Origin: Gemmatimonadales bacterium
Lineage (GTDB): Bacteria; Gemmatimonadota; Gemmatimonadetes; Gemmatimonadales; GWC2-71-9
Direction: 5' to 3'
Length of the DNA: 28,344 nt
NCBI GenBank assembly: GCA_037387025.1
Contig: JARRLJ010000010.1
Location: 1 to 28,344, forward strand
The notes under the pieces were generated by a model. The model saw only the letters and a program-made list of their open reading frames with translations, was not told the origin of the DNA and did not search any database. This document shows, in pieces, positions 1 through 9,682 of this stretch. Numbering within the stretch: the first letter of the stretch is position 1; every line of letters begins with the position of its first letter. The translations under genes and the position numbers were made by a program.

Positions 1-1
1 C

Positions 2-611
2 AGGTACGAAACGGCCATCGCCTATCGAGAAGAGAACCCGTTGGCTGACCGCACGTTGGGTTTGATCGTGCCACTGGGTGACCCGGGGCTGATTGTGCTG
101 CCGACTCACCGTCTCATATATGGCGATCCGATCAACGACGATGAGATAGTCGAGGACCTGTGAGAGGTTCCAGATTCATGAACTGCCGGCGGAGGTCAAT
201 TATGCTGATCACCTCGCGGAACTCGAGAATAGGGGCACTGCGTGCATCCTTGTGCGACGGACAGGAAACGCCGTAGCCCTATTACTCAAGCCGGGAGCAA
301 AGCTCGGGGACCTACCCTTCGCAAATGAGCCTGCCATAGCATCGCTGGGGGTCGCTCGAGTTGATGAACTGGTAGTGAAGCGTCTCCTCACTGCGGCTGG
401 CAAGGGTGGGCAGCTTGGATACTCTGCGGATTCCAGTCACGTCATCGACGAGGTGGCGGAAGCACATGCAGCGGCCGGAGTGCTGCTCAACCCCACCTCT
501 GTGGAGGAGGTGCTGGCCGTGTCCGACTCCGGTGCCGTAATGCCGCAGAAGGCAACCTACTTCATGCCCAAGGTGCCGAGTGGCTTGGTCCTTTTGAGCT
601 ACGAAGCTTGA
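2..611 (+). pseudogene. DUF1015 family protein, 5'-partial, broken by a frameshift near 149-161
   Basis: Frame 2 from the window start reads RYETAIAYREENPLADRTLGLIVPLGDPGLIVLPTHRLIYG...VEDL-TGA(161-163), with the DUF1015-type (H)RYETA and LPTHR motifs. Frame 3 continues from 162 (ERFQIHELPAEVNY...) into the 252..611 ORF, which ends in the family C-terminal motif MPQKATYFMPKVPSGL. Confidence 0.8.
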
Positions 612-931
612 GAACGTTCGCCGTCGGCGGCGTCCTGTACGGCTTTCCTCAGGCGTGCCCACACGTGTACGGCGTAACGTAGGAAATTCGCCCGTTCCTC
701 TGGCCGATCGGCGAGCCAGTCCCAGGCTGGGCGGCTGCCTTTTTCGGAGTTGCATCGGGCGCAGGCAGTCACGAGATTACCGGGTGAGTGGTCGCCTCGC
801 TTCACACGGGGCTGGACGTGGTCCAGCGTAAGTGAGGTAGCGTCAAACACGCGGCCGCAGTACACGCAGCGATACCCATCTCGCTCATAGATGGCTTTGC
901 GCTTCAGGTCGGCCTTCTGTGCACTACCCAC
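599..931 (-). CDS. HNH endonuclease (small, Zn-binding CxxC...CxxC type)
   Basis: Motifs YERDGYRCVYCG, LTLDHVQPRVKRG and GNLVTACARCNSEKG. Confidence 0.9.
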   Translation of the reverse strand: MGSAQKADLKRKAIYERDGYRCVYCGRVFDATSLTLDHVQPRVKRGDHSPGNLVTACARCNSEKGSRPAWDWLADRPEERANFLRYAVHVWARLRKAVQDAADGERSQAS

Positions 932-961
932 TACTAGTCTTTGGACGAGATCGGAGTTGCC

Positions 962-1216
962 ATGTCGGTGCGTTCACGAGAGCGAATCCTGGAAAATCTG
1001 GAGAAAATTTACAGAGAAGCGTACGAACGTGCGAAGAAGGCCGAGGATGAAGCAAGGATGATGGATCTAGACGCTTCATTTCAACGGGAGCAACTAATTC
1101 TCGAGGTTCTCCTCGACGTGCGCGATGCTCTCTATGCCTCGAATGAAGCGTCTCCGGCGGAGTCGGCCATGAAGAAGCTGCAAACATTGAAGAAGATTAC
1201 AAGGTTTGCGAGATGA
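962..1216 (+). CDS. Small helical hypothetical protein (84 aa from ATG 962)
   Basis: GGAG Shine-Dalgarno just upstream of ATG 962. Charged, amphipathic helical sequence. The ORF track starts it at TTG 941. Confidence 0.7.
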   Translation: MSVRSRERILENLEKIYREAYERAKKAEDEARMMDLDASFQREQLILEVLLDVRDALYASNEASPAESAMKKLQTLKKITRFAR

Positions 1217-1297
1217 TCTTGTCCGCGCTGTAACCGGAAAGTAGCAGTAGCAGCCAAACATCGGCCTTGAGGCGACTCGACCAGTTAGAATTCCGAC

Positions 1298-3436
1298 ATG
1301 CCAACTCAGACGAACACGCATCCCAAAGTGCCACAACCGCGTACAACTCGGCTCGGCAAGGACAAGCTCCTTGAGATGTACGAGTTCATCTATATGTCCC
1401 GCCGGATCGATGACAAAGAGATTCAGCTGAAACGCCAGAACAAGATCTTCTTCCAGATCTCCGGTGCGGGTCACGAGGCTGTACTGGTGGCGGCCGGGGA
1501 GGTGTTGAAGGCAGGGTACGATTGGTTCTACCCGTACTACCGCGACCGAGCGCTTTGCCTGACGCTAGGCATGACTGCCACCGAAATGCTTCTTGCAGCG
1601 GTTGCAGCCTCGGATGATCCCAATTCAGGTGGCCGCCAGATGCCGTCCCACTGGGGACACAAAGACTTGAACATTGTTACATCATCGAGTCCCACGGGGA
1701 CACAGTTTCTGCATGCCGTGGGCAGCGCCGAGGCATGGTTGCGCTATAACAGGATAGAGGGAATTACAGATCTGGAACGTGCTACGAAGCGCGACGAAGT
1801 AGTCTTCTGTTCTGCAGGCGATGGAACGACTAGCGAAGGTGAATTTTGGGAAGCTCTCAACAGTGCATGCAATCTGAGACTACCGGTGCTCTTCTTGATT
1901 GAGGACAACGGGTATGCCATATCAGTCCCAGTAGATGTACAAACTGCTGGCGGATCTATATCAAAATTGGCGAGGGCTTTTCCTAACCTCTACGTCGAAG
2001 AGGTGGATGGATGCGATCCAGTGGCATCCTACGATGTGCTGTCCAGGGCCACCTCCCACTGTCGCTCTCGCAAGGGTCCAGCCTTGATTCACGCACATGT
2101 GATACGACCATACTCACATTCCCTATCGGACGATGAGGTAATGTACAAGCCTCCGGAGGAGCGCGAGGAAGAAGCGATGAGGGATCCAGTAACAACATTC
2201 CCGTTGCGGCTCATCAATGAGGGGATCGCCACTGAGAGGGAGATAGGCGAGATCAAGTCGAAGGCAGACGAGGCCGTGAATTTGGCTGCGGATGTTGCAC
2301 TAGCATCGCAGCAGCCGTCGCGTGATAGTGTCTACCTCCATGTGTATTCGGAAGAAGTGGACGCAACCAGCGAACAATTTGACACGGAGGACAATCCTCA
2401 GTTTGTTGGCGACCCTGTGACGATGGTGGATCTGCTAAACAGATGTCTCAGGGACGAGATGACGCGGGATCCGACGATCGTAGTCTTTGGACAAGATATT
2501 GCAGATGTGTCGCGGGACGAACACATAGAGCGCGTCAAGGGTAAGGGTGGTGTCTTCAAAGTCACCTGGGGATTGCAGAAGCAATTTGGCTCTGATCGTG
2601 TGTACAATGCCCCCCTGGCTGAAGCCAACATTGTAGGGCGGGCCATCGGACTAGCCATGCGCGGAATCAAGCCGGTCGTGGAGATTCAGTTTTTCGACTA
2701 CATTTGGCCGGCATACCATCAGATCCGTAATGAACTCGCGCTGATCAGGTGGAGAAGCAATGGCGCCTTCAATGCGCCGGTAGTTGTCCGCGTGACATAC
2801 GGTGGATACCTCAGGGGTGGGGCGATCTATCACTCGCAGACTGGCGCCGCTGTGTATACTAGCATACCTGGCCTTAGAGTCGTGTGCCCTGCGACAGCGT
2901 TAGATGCGAATGGACTGTTACGAACCGCAATTCGTTGCGACGATCCGGTCATGTTTCTCGAACACAAACATCTTTACCGACAGACCTACAACAAGGGAAC
3001 GTATCCGGGTCCCGATTACATGATTCCGTTTGGGAAGGCAAGAGCGGTACGTGAGGGGAACGATGTAACTGTTCTCACATATGGTGCCGTGTTGCAGCGG
3101 ACACTGCAGGCTGCGAAGCAAGTTGAAGAGTTGCTCGGCTTGAGTGTAGAAGTGATCGACCTCCGCTCGCTCAGCCCGGTCGACTGGGATACCATCGGAA
3201 CGTCGGTAAGGAAGACCAACCGGGTGATTGTCGCCTATGAGGATTCTATGTCCTGGGGCTACGGCGCTGAGTTGGCTGCCAGGATAGCCGACGAGCACTT
3301 CGCCTGGCTCGATGCGCCGGTGAGGCGGGTAGCTGCGACGGATACCTTCGTTGCTTACAGTCCACAGCTGGAGGACGTCATCCTGCCGCAGACCGAAGAC
3401 GTGGCCTCCGCGATCAAGGAAGTCTGTGAGTTCTGA
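1298..3436 (+). CDS. Fused E1 alpha/beta 2-oxoacid dehydrogenase, probably branched-chain (2-oxoisovalerate)
   Basis: TPP-binding GDG...N motif ([16 protein letters not shown]), GRQMPSHWG, and HSLSDD phosphorylation-loop region. The beta half has [33 protein letters not shown] and EVIDLRSL. Confidence 0.92.
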   Translation: MPTQTNTHPKVPQPRTTRLGKDKLLEMYEFIYMSRRIDDKEIQLKRQNKIFFQISGAGHEAVLVAAGEVLKAGYDWFYPYYRDRALCLTLGMTATEMLLAAVAASDDPNSGGRQMPSHWGHKDLNIVTSSSPTGTQFLHAVGSAEAWLRYNRIEGITDLERATKRDEVVFCSAGDGTTSEGEFWEALNSACNLRLPVLFLIEDNGYAISVPVDVQTAGGSISKLARAFPNLYVEEVDGCDPVASYDVLSRATSHCRSRKGPALIHAHVIRPYSHSLSDDEVMYKPPEEREEEAMRDPVTTFPLRLINEGIATEREIGEIKSKADEAVNLAADVALASQQPSRDSVYLHVYSEEVDATSEQFDTEDNPQFVGDPVTMVDLLNRCLRDEMTRDPTIVVFGQDIADVSRDEHIERVKGKGGVFKVTWGLQKQFGSDRVYNAPLAEANIVGRAIGLAMRGIKPVVEIQFFDYIWPAYHQIRNELALIRWRSNGAFNAPVVVRVTYGGYLRGGAIYHSQTGAAVYTSIPGLRVVCPATALDANGLLRTAIRCDDPVMFLEHKHLYRQTYNKGTYPGPDYMIPFGKARAVREGNDVTVLTYGAVLQRTLQAAKQVEELLGLSVEVIDLRSLSPVDWDTIGTSVRKTNRVIVAYEDSMSWGYGAELAARIADEHFAWLDAPVRRVAATDTFVAYSPQLEDVILPQTEDVASAIKEVCEF

Positions 3437-3450
3437 TACGATGTCGTCGG

Positions 3451-5334
3451 TCAGTTCGGACTTCCGCCCAGTGCCTCTCTGATCTCACCGGCAGCGCCTA
3501 GTGCTGCCTCTACGTCAATCCGCAGAGCGCGGGCTTGTTGGGTGGCTGAAGTCAGGTCTGCCAGTACGGCCGACACTCCAGCGGAACGTAAGCGCAACAG
3601 ATCGAAGCGCATGTTCTGCACGGCGAGCACGCAGGACTCAAATTGCGACTCTACACCGTCACGCCTTTTTACTAGTTCGGCGAGCGAATCGCGTTGTTTC
3701 TCCAGCAATGATATCCTACGATCACTATCTGGTTCGGTTGCTTCCGCACGGAGCTTCTCGATCCGTGCTTCCAGTTCAGCGAGCTGGCTGTTGTCCACAT
3801 TGCCTTCCATGTGGTGTAGAGTCCGCGCGAGATCGGCAGCACGCTCCATCAACTGGTCCACTGTTTGGACGACGTCAGGCAGCATATCGCGGTCGGCTTC
3901 CGGCAACTTCGCGACCACCTGGACTATCGCACCGCGGTCCTTTCTCATTTGCGCCATTGGTTCGGCGTACTTGCCGAATTCGTCCGCAGTGGGTGGGGGG
4001 AGTCGGGGTGCAACTGCACTCGCTCCGCCCGCGACGGGCAGCGCGTCCTTAGCCGGAGGTGGATTGAGCACATCCCTCATGCTGTAACCTTCGGCCCACA
4101 ACTTCCCGTACTGTGATGCGAGTCCGATTCCCCAGCCAATTGCCGGAAAAAGAAACCACGGGTTGTCGAGTCCAACAGTCACGATGTTGAGTAACAGCAG
4201 ACCACCGTTCACCGAAACGTACGAAGCAAAATTGGAACGGAACTTCCGGACAATCCCGGGCTCAGTGTCAGCTGCCTCAGCTGGCTTGGGCGGTTGGCGC
4301 GGTCGCTGCCGCGCCGGAGGGCGCGTCCGCGACCGGTCTCGTTCCGGTCGCTTCTGGCGATCGTCCCACCACTCTCCCCAATCCCGGGGCTCCGGACGCG
4401 ATCTTCTTGCCGGTGGTTGCGCCCTAGATCCGCTGGGCCGGCGAGACGCCGAGGAGCGTGGTCGGTATGGCCCCGACGAGCGGCTTTCGAGAGCACGTCT
4501 CAGAGCATCTGCTGTTGGCCATCGGTTTTCAGGATCCTTCTCCAGGCAACGCATCACCGTCCCGGCCAGTTCCTCGGGTACTTCGGAACGCAGCTTGATC
4601 AAATCTGGTGGTGGCTCGGTGATTTGCTTCATCAACACGCCCGGTACGGTCGGGGCTCGGAACGGTGGCTTTCCAGACAGCATCTCGAAGGCCACTACCC
4701 CCAAACAGTAGATATCGCTGCGTGCGTCAATCTCGCTCTCACCAGCCGCCTGCTCGGGGCTCATGTACGTCGGGGTCCCCAGTGCGACTCCCGTACCTGT
4801 GAGGGTCCCTGCTCCGGCCTCTGACAGAGCCTTGGCGATACCAAAATCCGTTACCATCACTCGGCGGCGAGTCCCCTCCAGCAGGATATTATCAGGCTTG
4901 ATGTCGCGGTGTATGATCCCGGTTGCATGCGCCAGGCCCAATGCGTCGGCGGTTTCCTTCATTATGCGCCGCGATTCTTCGACCGGCAGCCGCCCTCGTC
5001 GGCGGAGCCGCTGGGCGAGCGACTCTCCATCGACGTAACCCATCACGAAGTAGACGAGTTCATTGTCCTCACCTACGGTGTGAATCGGAACGATATGAGG
5101 ATGGGAAAGGCGAGCCGCGGTCTGTGCTTCGCGGATGAACCGTTTCTTGATCTCCTGGCGAAAAGCGAGTTCTGGCGGGAGTAGCTTGATGGCAACACGC
5201 CGCTTGAGCTTGAGGTCACGGGCGCTAAACACCACGCCCATGCCGCCCCGTCCGATTTCCCCTTCGATAACGTAGGAACCGGCCAGGGTATCGGCTAGCC
5301 GTGCAGCCAGAGGTCCCAGTTGTGCCTCGTCCAT
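3451..5334 (-). CDS. Hanks-type Ser/Thr protein kinase with C-terminal 2TM hairpin and coiled-coil domain
   Basis: GEIGRGGMGVVF, VAIK, HRDIKPDNILL, DFG and TPTYMSPEQ motifs. Pro/Arg-rich linker, then a two-helix segment (NFASYVSVNGGLLLLNIV...PWFLFPAIGWGIGL). I prefer ATG 5334 over the track start 5388. Confidence 0.92.
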   Translation of the reverse strand: MDEAQLGPLAARLADTLAGSYVIEGEIGRGGMGVVFSARDLKLKRRVAIKLLPPELAFRQEIKKRFIREAQTAARLSHPHIVPIHTVGEDNELVYFVMGYVDGESLAQRLRRRGRLPVEESRRIMKETADALGLAHATGIIHRDIKPDNILLEGTRRRVMVTDFGIAKALSEAGAGTLTGTGVALGTPTYMSPEQAAGESEIDARSDIYCLGVVAFEMLSGKPPFRAPTVPGVLMKQITEPPPDLIKLRSEVPEELAGTVMRCLEKDPENRWPTADALRRALESRSSGPYRPRSSASRRPSGSRAQPPARRSRPEPRDWGEWWDDRQKRPERDRSRTRPPARQRPRQPPKPAEAADTEPGIVRKFRSNFASYVSVNGGLLLLNIVTVGLDNPWFLFPAIGWGIGLASQYGKLWAEGYSMRDVLNPPPAKDALPVAGGASAVAPRLPPPTADEFGKYAEPMAQMRKDRGAIVQVVAKLPEADRDMLPDVVQTVDQLMERAADLARTLHHMEGNVDNSQLAELEARIEKLRAEATEPDSDRRISLLEKQRDSLAELVKRRDGVESQFESCVLAVQNMRFDLLRLRSAGVSAVLADLTSATQQARALRIDVEAALGAAGEIREALGGSPN

Positions 5335-5418
5335 GTAGCGTATGGTATGAACCGAGCGTAGATTAACCCTGGTATTTACCAGTGGCAACTGCTAGGTAAC
5401 CGCAATAGATGGGGATGC

Positions 5419-5766
5419 ATGCGCTGGCTGACTGATGATGCGGGTCGACGCTGGGCCGCCGAGCGGGTGGGCAGGACGTCCGGCATGATCGCAACTAGGA
5501 AATCCAAGAGCTCGTTCCCGGAACCGGCGGACATCATTCGGTTCACTTGCGAGTCGGACAATTCGGAGCCCGCGCGTGAGGTGACGACCCGAGCGGGGCT
5601 GCTGGAGCAACTAACCGAATCCGAGTTGAAAGCCCTTCTGAATATCGCTCCCCGAGCCCCCAAAGTCGCTCCGGTACTTTCCCGCGAGTCGACGTTCCGC
5701 GCCGCCTTGGCTGTCATATTGGCAGTGAAATGTCTGCCTGTCACGCCGCACTGGCCGGAACGTTAG
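5419..5766 (+). CDS. Hypothetical protein
   Basis: ATG preceded by GGGGA, divergent from the kinase. The first ~82 aa look protein-like. The last ~33 aa are less convincing. Confidence 0.6.
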   Translation: MRWLTDDAGRRWAAERVGRTSGMIATRKSKSSFPEPADIIRFTCESDNSEPAREVTTRAGLLEQLTESELKALLNIAPRAPKVAPVLSRESTFRAALAVILAVKCLPVTPHWPER

Positions 5767-5890
5767 TGCAAATCGAGTGTTATTGAGGTCAAAAGGGCGG
5801 TTAACGCGGGCATAGCGGTTGCGTGTCCGGTCCGTGACGATCTTTGTCCAAGTTTATTTAGTGGCTACGGGTCCAGTGAGGCTAGTCAGA

Positions 5891-8341
5891 ATGAATGAAA
5901 AGCGGATGGTTCGCAGGCGACTGCCGGTGTTGCCGCTGCGCGGATTGGTCTTGTTCCCAGGGGTAACTGCTCCAATAGGAGCCGGACGGCCCAGAACCCT
6001 GGCGGCTATCGAAGCTGCTCTCAAGAATGAAGAGGAAGAGCGCGTGGTGTTTGCGGTTTGCCAGCGGGAGGATAAGGAAGAGGTGAAGCCTGAGGGCTTA
6101 TACACGATGGGTACGGTTGCCCGGATCGGCCAACTGCAAAGAGGGCTTGGGGGCGTGCAGCTGCTGTTGCATGGTGAGCATAGAGGGGCAGTCCTCCAGT
6201 ACAATTCCCGTCAAGACTATCTGGAGGCTGTCGTGCAGGAGGCTCCAGATTTGGATCCAATCGATGCCGAGAGCGCCGCGTTCGTGGCTCTGGATAGGGA
6301 GGTGAGAGAACGAGCCGCAGAGTTGGGCGAAAAGACAGGCATTCCAGAGGAAGTGGTCCAGCAAGTTCTGGATGGCGAAGAGGACCCCGGACGCTTTGCC
6401 GACCTCGTTGCGGGCTACTTGGACATAGCTTCGCAGGAGCGCCAAGGGTTGTTGGAGACGTTAGGTGTGGAAGAGCGTTTGCGCCGCGTCCTGCTGCACG
6501 TTCAGCGGCAGATCGGCCTGCTCAAAGCGCAAGCCGAGATCAAGTCGAAGGTGCAGGAAGAGCTTGGAGAGCGGCAACGGGAAATGTTCTTGCGGGAACA
6601 GCTGAAGGCTATTCGCAGGGAACTGGGTGACGAAGACGAGAGCGCGGACGTCGATGAACTCCGTGAACGTATCGAAACGCTCGAGCTTTCAGAAGAAGCT
6701 CGCAAGGAACTCAACAGGGAGTTGAGCCGCCTCGATCGTACGCCCAAGGAGTCCATGGAGGCGCAAGTCATCCGGACATTTCTCGAAACGGTCGTAGAAC
6801 TTCCGTGGAACGAACGCACCGACGATGACCTCGATCTAAGCAGGGCTGAGACAGTACTGGACGAGGATCACTATGGTTTGAAAGACGTCAAGGATCGGGT
6901 GCTAGAATACTTGGCAGTTAGACACCTCAAGAGTCAACGATCGAATGGTGACGAACCACTGGGCAACGAAGACGACAGACGTCCGCGTGGTACGATCCTC
7001 CTGTTTGCCGGTCCTCCCGGTACCGGTAAGACGTCCGTGGCGAAATCGATAGCGAGAGCCATGGGTCGCAAGTACGTCAGGATAGCTCTCGGTGGGGCTC
7101 GCGATGAGGCGGACATAAGAGGTCACAGGCGAACATATGTGGGTGCGATGCCGGGCCGGATCATGGACGGGCTCAAACGTGCTGGAACCAAGAACCCGGT
7201 ATTCTTGCTGGATGAAGTGGACAAACTTGGTGTGTCTTTCCAGGGCGACCCCGCGTCGGCGTTGCTTGAGGTCCTCGACCCGGCGCAGAACGATTCTTTC
7301 ACCGATCATTACCTCGGTATTCCTTTTGATCTATCCGAGGTGATGTTCATTGCGACCGCTAACTTTATTCCAAACATTCCTCCCCCGCTGCTCGATCGTA
7401 TGGAGCTCGTTGAGTTTTCGGGCTATACCGAGGCAGAAAAACTCGCGATCGCGCGGCAATACCTGACTCCGCGTCAGACAAGGGAAGCTGGACTAACGTT
7501 CGAACAACTGACAATCGTGGACGACGCGATCAAAACGGTGATCTCCGGATACACTCGTGAAGCGGGAGTTAGGCAGCTCGAACGGGAACTGGGCAAGGTC
7601 GCACGCAAGGTTGCGCGGAAGATAGCTGCCCGCGAGGTCGCATCATTGGCCGTGGACCAAGACAACGTCCGTGACCTGATCGGCCGACCCACTGTACATC
7701 CGGAAACCGCGGCGGCTGTGGATCAGATAGGGATCGCGACGGGCATGTATTACGCACCGGCAGGCGGCGACATCATGTTCGTTGAGGCGAGCACAATGGC
7801 TGGGAAGGACTCGTTGGTACTCACCGGCCAGCTGGGCGATGTCATGAAGGAATCTGCGCAGGCTGCACTATCGTATGCCAAGTCTCATGCCGCGGAACTC
7901 GGCATCACGGCCGACAAGTACTCTGGTCAGGACATACACATACATGTGCCGGCGGGAGCCATTCCCAAGGACGGTCCATCTGCAGGAGTAACAATGGCAA
8001 CCGCTCTCGTGAGCCGGATGTCGGGAGTACCTGTGCGGCACGACGTGGCCATGACTGGCGAAGTGACGCTTTCCGGCAGAGTTCTTCCCATAGGCGGCGT
8101 CAAGGAGAAGGTGCTAGGGGCGAGCCGTGCCGGCGTCACCACGGTGATACTTCCCAAACAGAACATACCGGACCTGGAAGATCTGAGTGAAGAGGAACGC
8201 CGGCGAATAACAGTGCATCCCGTGGAGAGCCTGGCTGACGTACTTGAGATCGCCTTGGCCAAGGGCTCGGACGCGGCGACAAAAAGAGAGCCCGGTCAAC
8301 AACAAGCGGGCGATGTAGGCTTGGCAGTCACCCACCACTGA
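5891..8341 (+). CDS. lon: ATP-dependent protease La (Lon)
   Basis: N-domain LPVLPLRG, Walker A GPPGTGKT, Walker B LLDEVDK, catalytic PKDGPSAG (Ser) and IGGVKEK (Lys). GAGG precedes ATG 5891. Confidence 0.97.
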   Translation: MNEKRMVRRRLPVLPLRGLVLFPGVTAPIGAGRPRTLAAIEAALKNEEEERVVFAVCQREDKEEVKPEGLYTMGTVARIGQLQRGLGGVQLLLHGEHRGAVLQYNSRQDYLEAVVQEAPDLDPIDAESAAFVALDREVRERAAELGEKTGIPEEVVQQVLDGEEDPGRFADLVAGYLDIASQERQGLLETLGVEERLRRVLLHVQRQIGLLKAQAEIKSKVQEELGERQREMFLREQLKAIRRELGDEDESADVDELRERIETLELSEEARKELNRELSRLDRTPKESMEAQVIRTFLETVVELPWNERTDDDLDLSRAETVLDEDHYGLKDVKDRVLEYLAVRHLKSQRSNGDEPLGNEDDRRPRGTILLFAGPPGTGKTSVAKSIARAMGRKYVRIALGGARDEADIRGHRRTYVGAMPGRIMDGLKRAGTKNPVFLLDEVDKLGVSFQGDPASALLEVLDPAQNDSFTDHYLGIPFDLSEVMFIATANFIPNIPPPLLDRMELVEFSGYTEAEKLAIARQYLTPRQTREAGLTFEQLTIVDDAIKTVISGYTREAGVRQLERELGKVARKVARKIAAREVASLAVDQDNVRDLIGRPTVHPETAAAVDQIGIATGMYYAPAGGDIMFVEASTMAGKDSLVLTGQLGDVMKESAQAALSYAKSHAAELGITADKYSGQDIHIHVPAGAIPKDGPSAGVTMATALVSRMSGVPVRHDVAMTGEVTLSGRVLPIGGVKEKVLGASRAGVTTVILPKQNIPDLEDLSEEERRRITVHPVESLADVLEIALAKGSDAATKREPGQQQAGDVGLAVTHH

Positions 8342-8347
8342 TGTGAG

Positions 8348-8938
8348 CTACCACTGCAACCCGCGCAGTAACAGTCCACAGATTCCGTCCAGCGACTCGG
8401 CCCTGCGTAGCTCCGCAGGGCCGTTGTCCCACATGCCTTCTAGGGCCAGATGTCCCAGCACCAGGCTGACCGCTTGTCGAGCTAGTGCATTAGGATCGCA
8501 GCTGTCCCGGAAATTGCCGGCGGCCTGACCCCGCGTGATGGTCGCAGATATCCGCGTGACCAGGTTAGTGACGATCATCCCAGCGAGTTCCCGCGCCAGC
8601 TCTTCATGTGTTGCGTCCAGCAGCAGGAGTTTGATTAGGTGAGGTCGGTCCACCAAATCGTCGTATATCTGCTCGAGTTCCCGCCGAAGCATTCTCGTTG
8701 CTAGGCTCTCTGTATTAGCCATGCTCGAAGGGGCGCAAAGATCTCCAGCGTCGTCCTCCATGACAGACCGATACAGCCCGGCTTTGGAACCGAAATAATA
8801 GAAGAGAAGCTGTTTGTTTACCCGTGCCCGCTCGGCGATCCGTTGCACTCGCGCTCCCGAGTACCCGCATTCTGCAAACTCAACCCGAGCTGCTTCCTCG
8901 ATTCTGTTTCTTCGACTCAGACCGGCTGACTTCGGCAC
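8348..8938 (-). CDS. TetR/AcrR family transcriptional regulator
   Basis: N-terminal HTH IEEAARVEFAECGYSGARVQRIAERARVNKQLLFYYFGSKAGLY. Confidence 0.92.
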   Translation of the reverse strand: MPKSAGLSRRNRIEEAARVEFAECGYSGARVQRIAERARVNKQLLFYYFGSKAGLYRSVMEDDAGDLCAPSSMANTESLATRMLRRELEQIYDDLVDRPHLIKLLLLDATHEELARELAGMIVTNLVTRISATITRGQAAGNFRDSCDPNALARQAVSLVLGHLALEGMWDNGPAELRRAESLDGICGLLLRGLQW

Positions 8939-8941
8939 ATC

Positions 8942-8957
8942 TCAACCGTTTGGTTGA
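8942..8957. promoter_or_regulatory. Palindrome TCAACC-N4-GGTTGA, candidate TetR operator
   Basis: Perfect 6-bp arms, 3 nt upstream of the TetR GTG start. Confidence 0.6.
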
Positions 8958-8989
8958 AAACAGTAAGCTGGCGGCGAAAGCCGGAGCGG

Positions 8990-9682
8990 TCAAGCCCTCG
9001 TGATCGCGTCCACCACACCCTGAATGGCACCAATCCAAAGTGAGTCTGAAGACCAGTAGCCTTGAAGCTCTTCCCCCTCGGCCTCGCGACCTACAATGGC
9101 TGCGTCCGGCGTGAGCAACAGGACCGGGTTCGCACTGAAGTACTTTGCCACTGTCGCGTGCTCCACGTTGCCGGATGGCGCTATAGAGAGGTCCTGCTGT
9201 AAGGCGCCGATACCCCAAAGGCGAGTTACTGCCCCGTCCGCAAGGCGTTTCCGCCAAATCGGATTGAGGCCACTCAGCACAGCACCCGTCGCAACGCACG
9301 ACACTTGAGGTGCTCGGACCGCTGACCGGAGTGCCAGTTCCCTGAACGACCGCTCGCTCGCGAAGGCAAAGGTGGTCTCCGCGCCCGGTTGATCGTGGGC
9401 CGCGACCTGGGATTCGAGCAGATCGAGCTTGGCCGCCTCACGCTCCGAAACCATCGCTAGCAATGCGGGTGGGCCAATGGGCCTAAACACCTGCGGGCTG
9501 TCGGATACGCGGCGGGCAACGCCCTTGGTTACAAGGCCGTTCAGCGCCTGGTATACGTTGGCCCGGGCTACACCAACTGTCTTAGAAAGGAGGTAGGCTG
9601 ACGTCGGTCCGCTACTAATCAGAGCGGTATAGACCAATGACTCGGTGGGTGTGAATCCGAAGGGGACGAGGTCTATGGGCAT
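8990..9682 (-). CDS. TrmB-family wHTH transcriptional regulator
   Basis: FGFTPTESLVYTALISSGPTSAYLLSKTVGVARANVYQALNGLVTKG matches the TrmB N-terminal wHTH pattern (G.T..E..VY..L.....A..L....GV.R..VY..L..L..KG). Confidence 0.85.
   Translation of the reverse strand: MPIDLVPFGFTPTESLVYTALISSGPTSAYLLSKTVGVARANVYQALNGLVTKGVARRVSDSPQVFRPIGPPALLAMVSEREAAKLDLLESQVAAHDQPGAETTFAFASERSFRELALRSAVRAPQVSCVATGAVLSGLNPIWRKRLADGAVTRLWGIGALQQDLSIAPSGNVEHATVAKYFSANPVLLLTPDAAIVGREAEGEELQGYWSSDSLWIGAIQGVVDAITRA

Noticed and set aside
5757-5783. Possible CIRCE/HrcA site upstream of lon (GAGTGTTAT resembles the right arm)
   Set aside because: The position 9 nt upstream reads GGAACGTTA, not TTAGCACTC. No HAIR (CTTGAGT-N7-ACTCAAG) match either.
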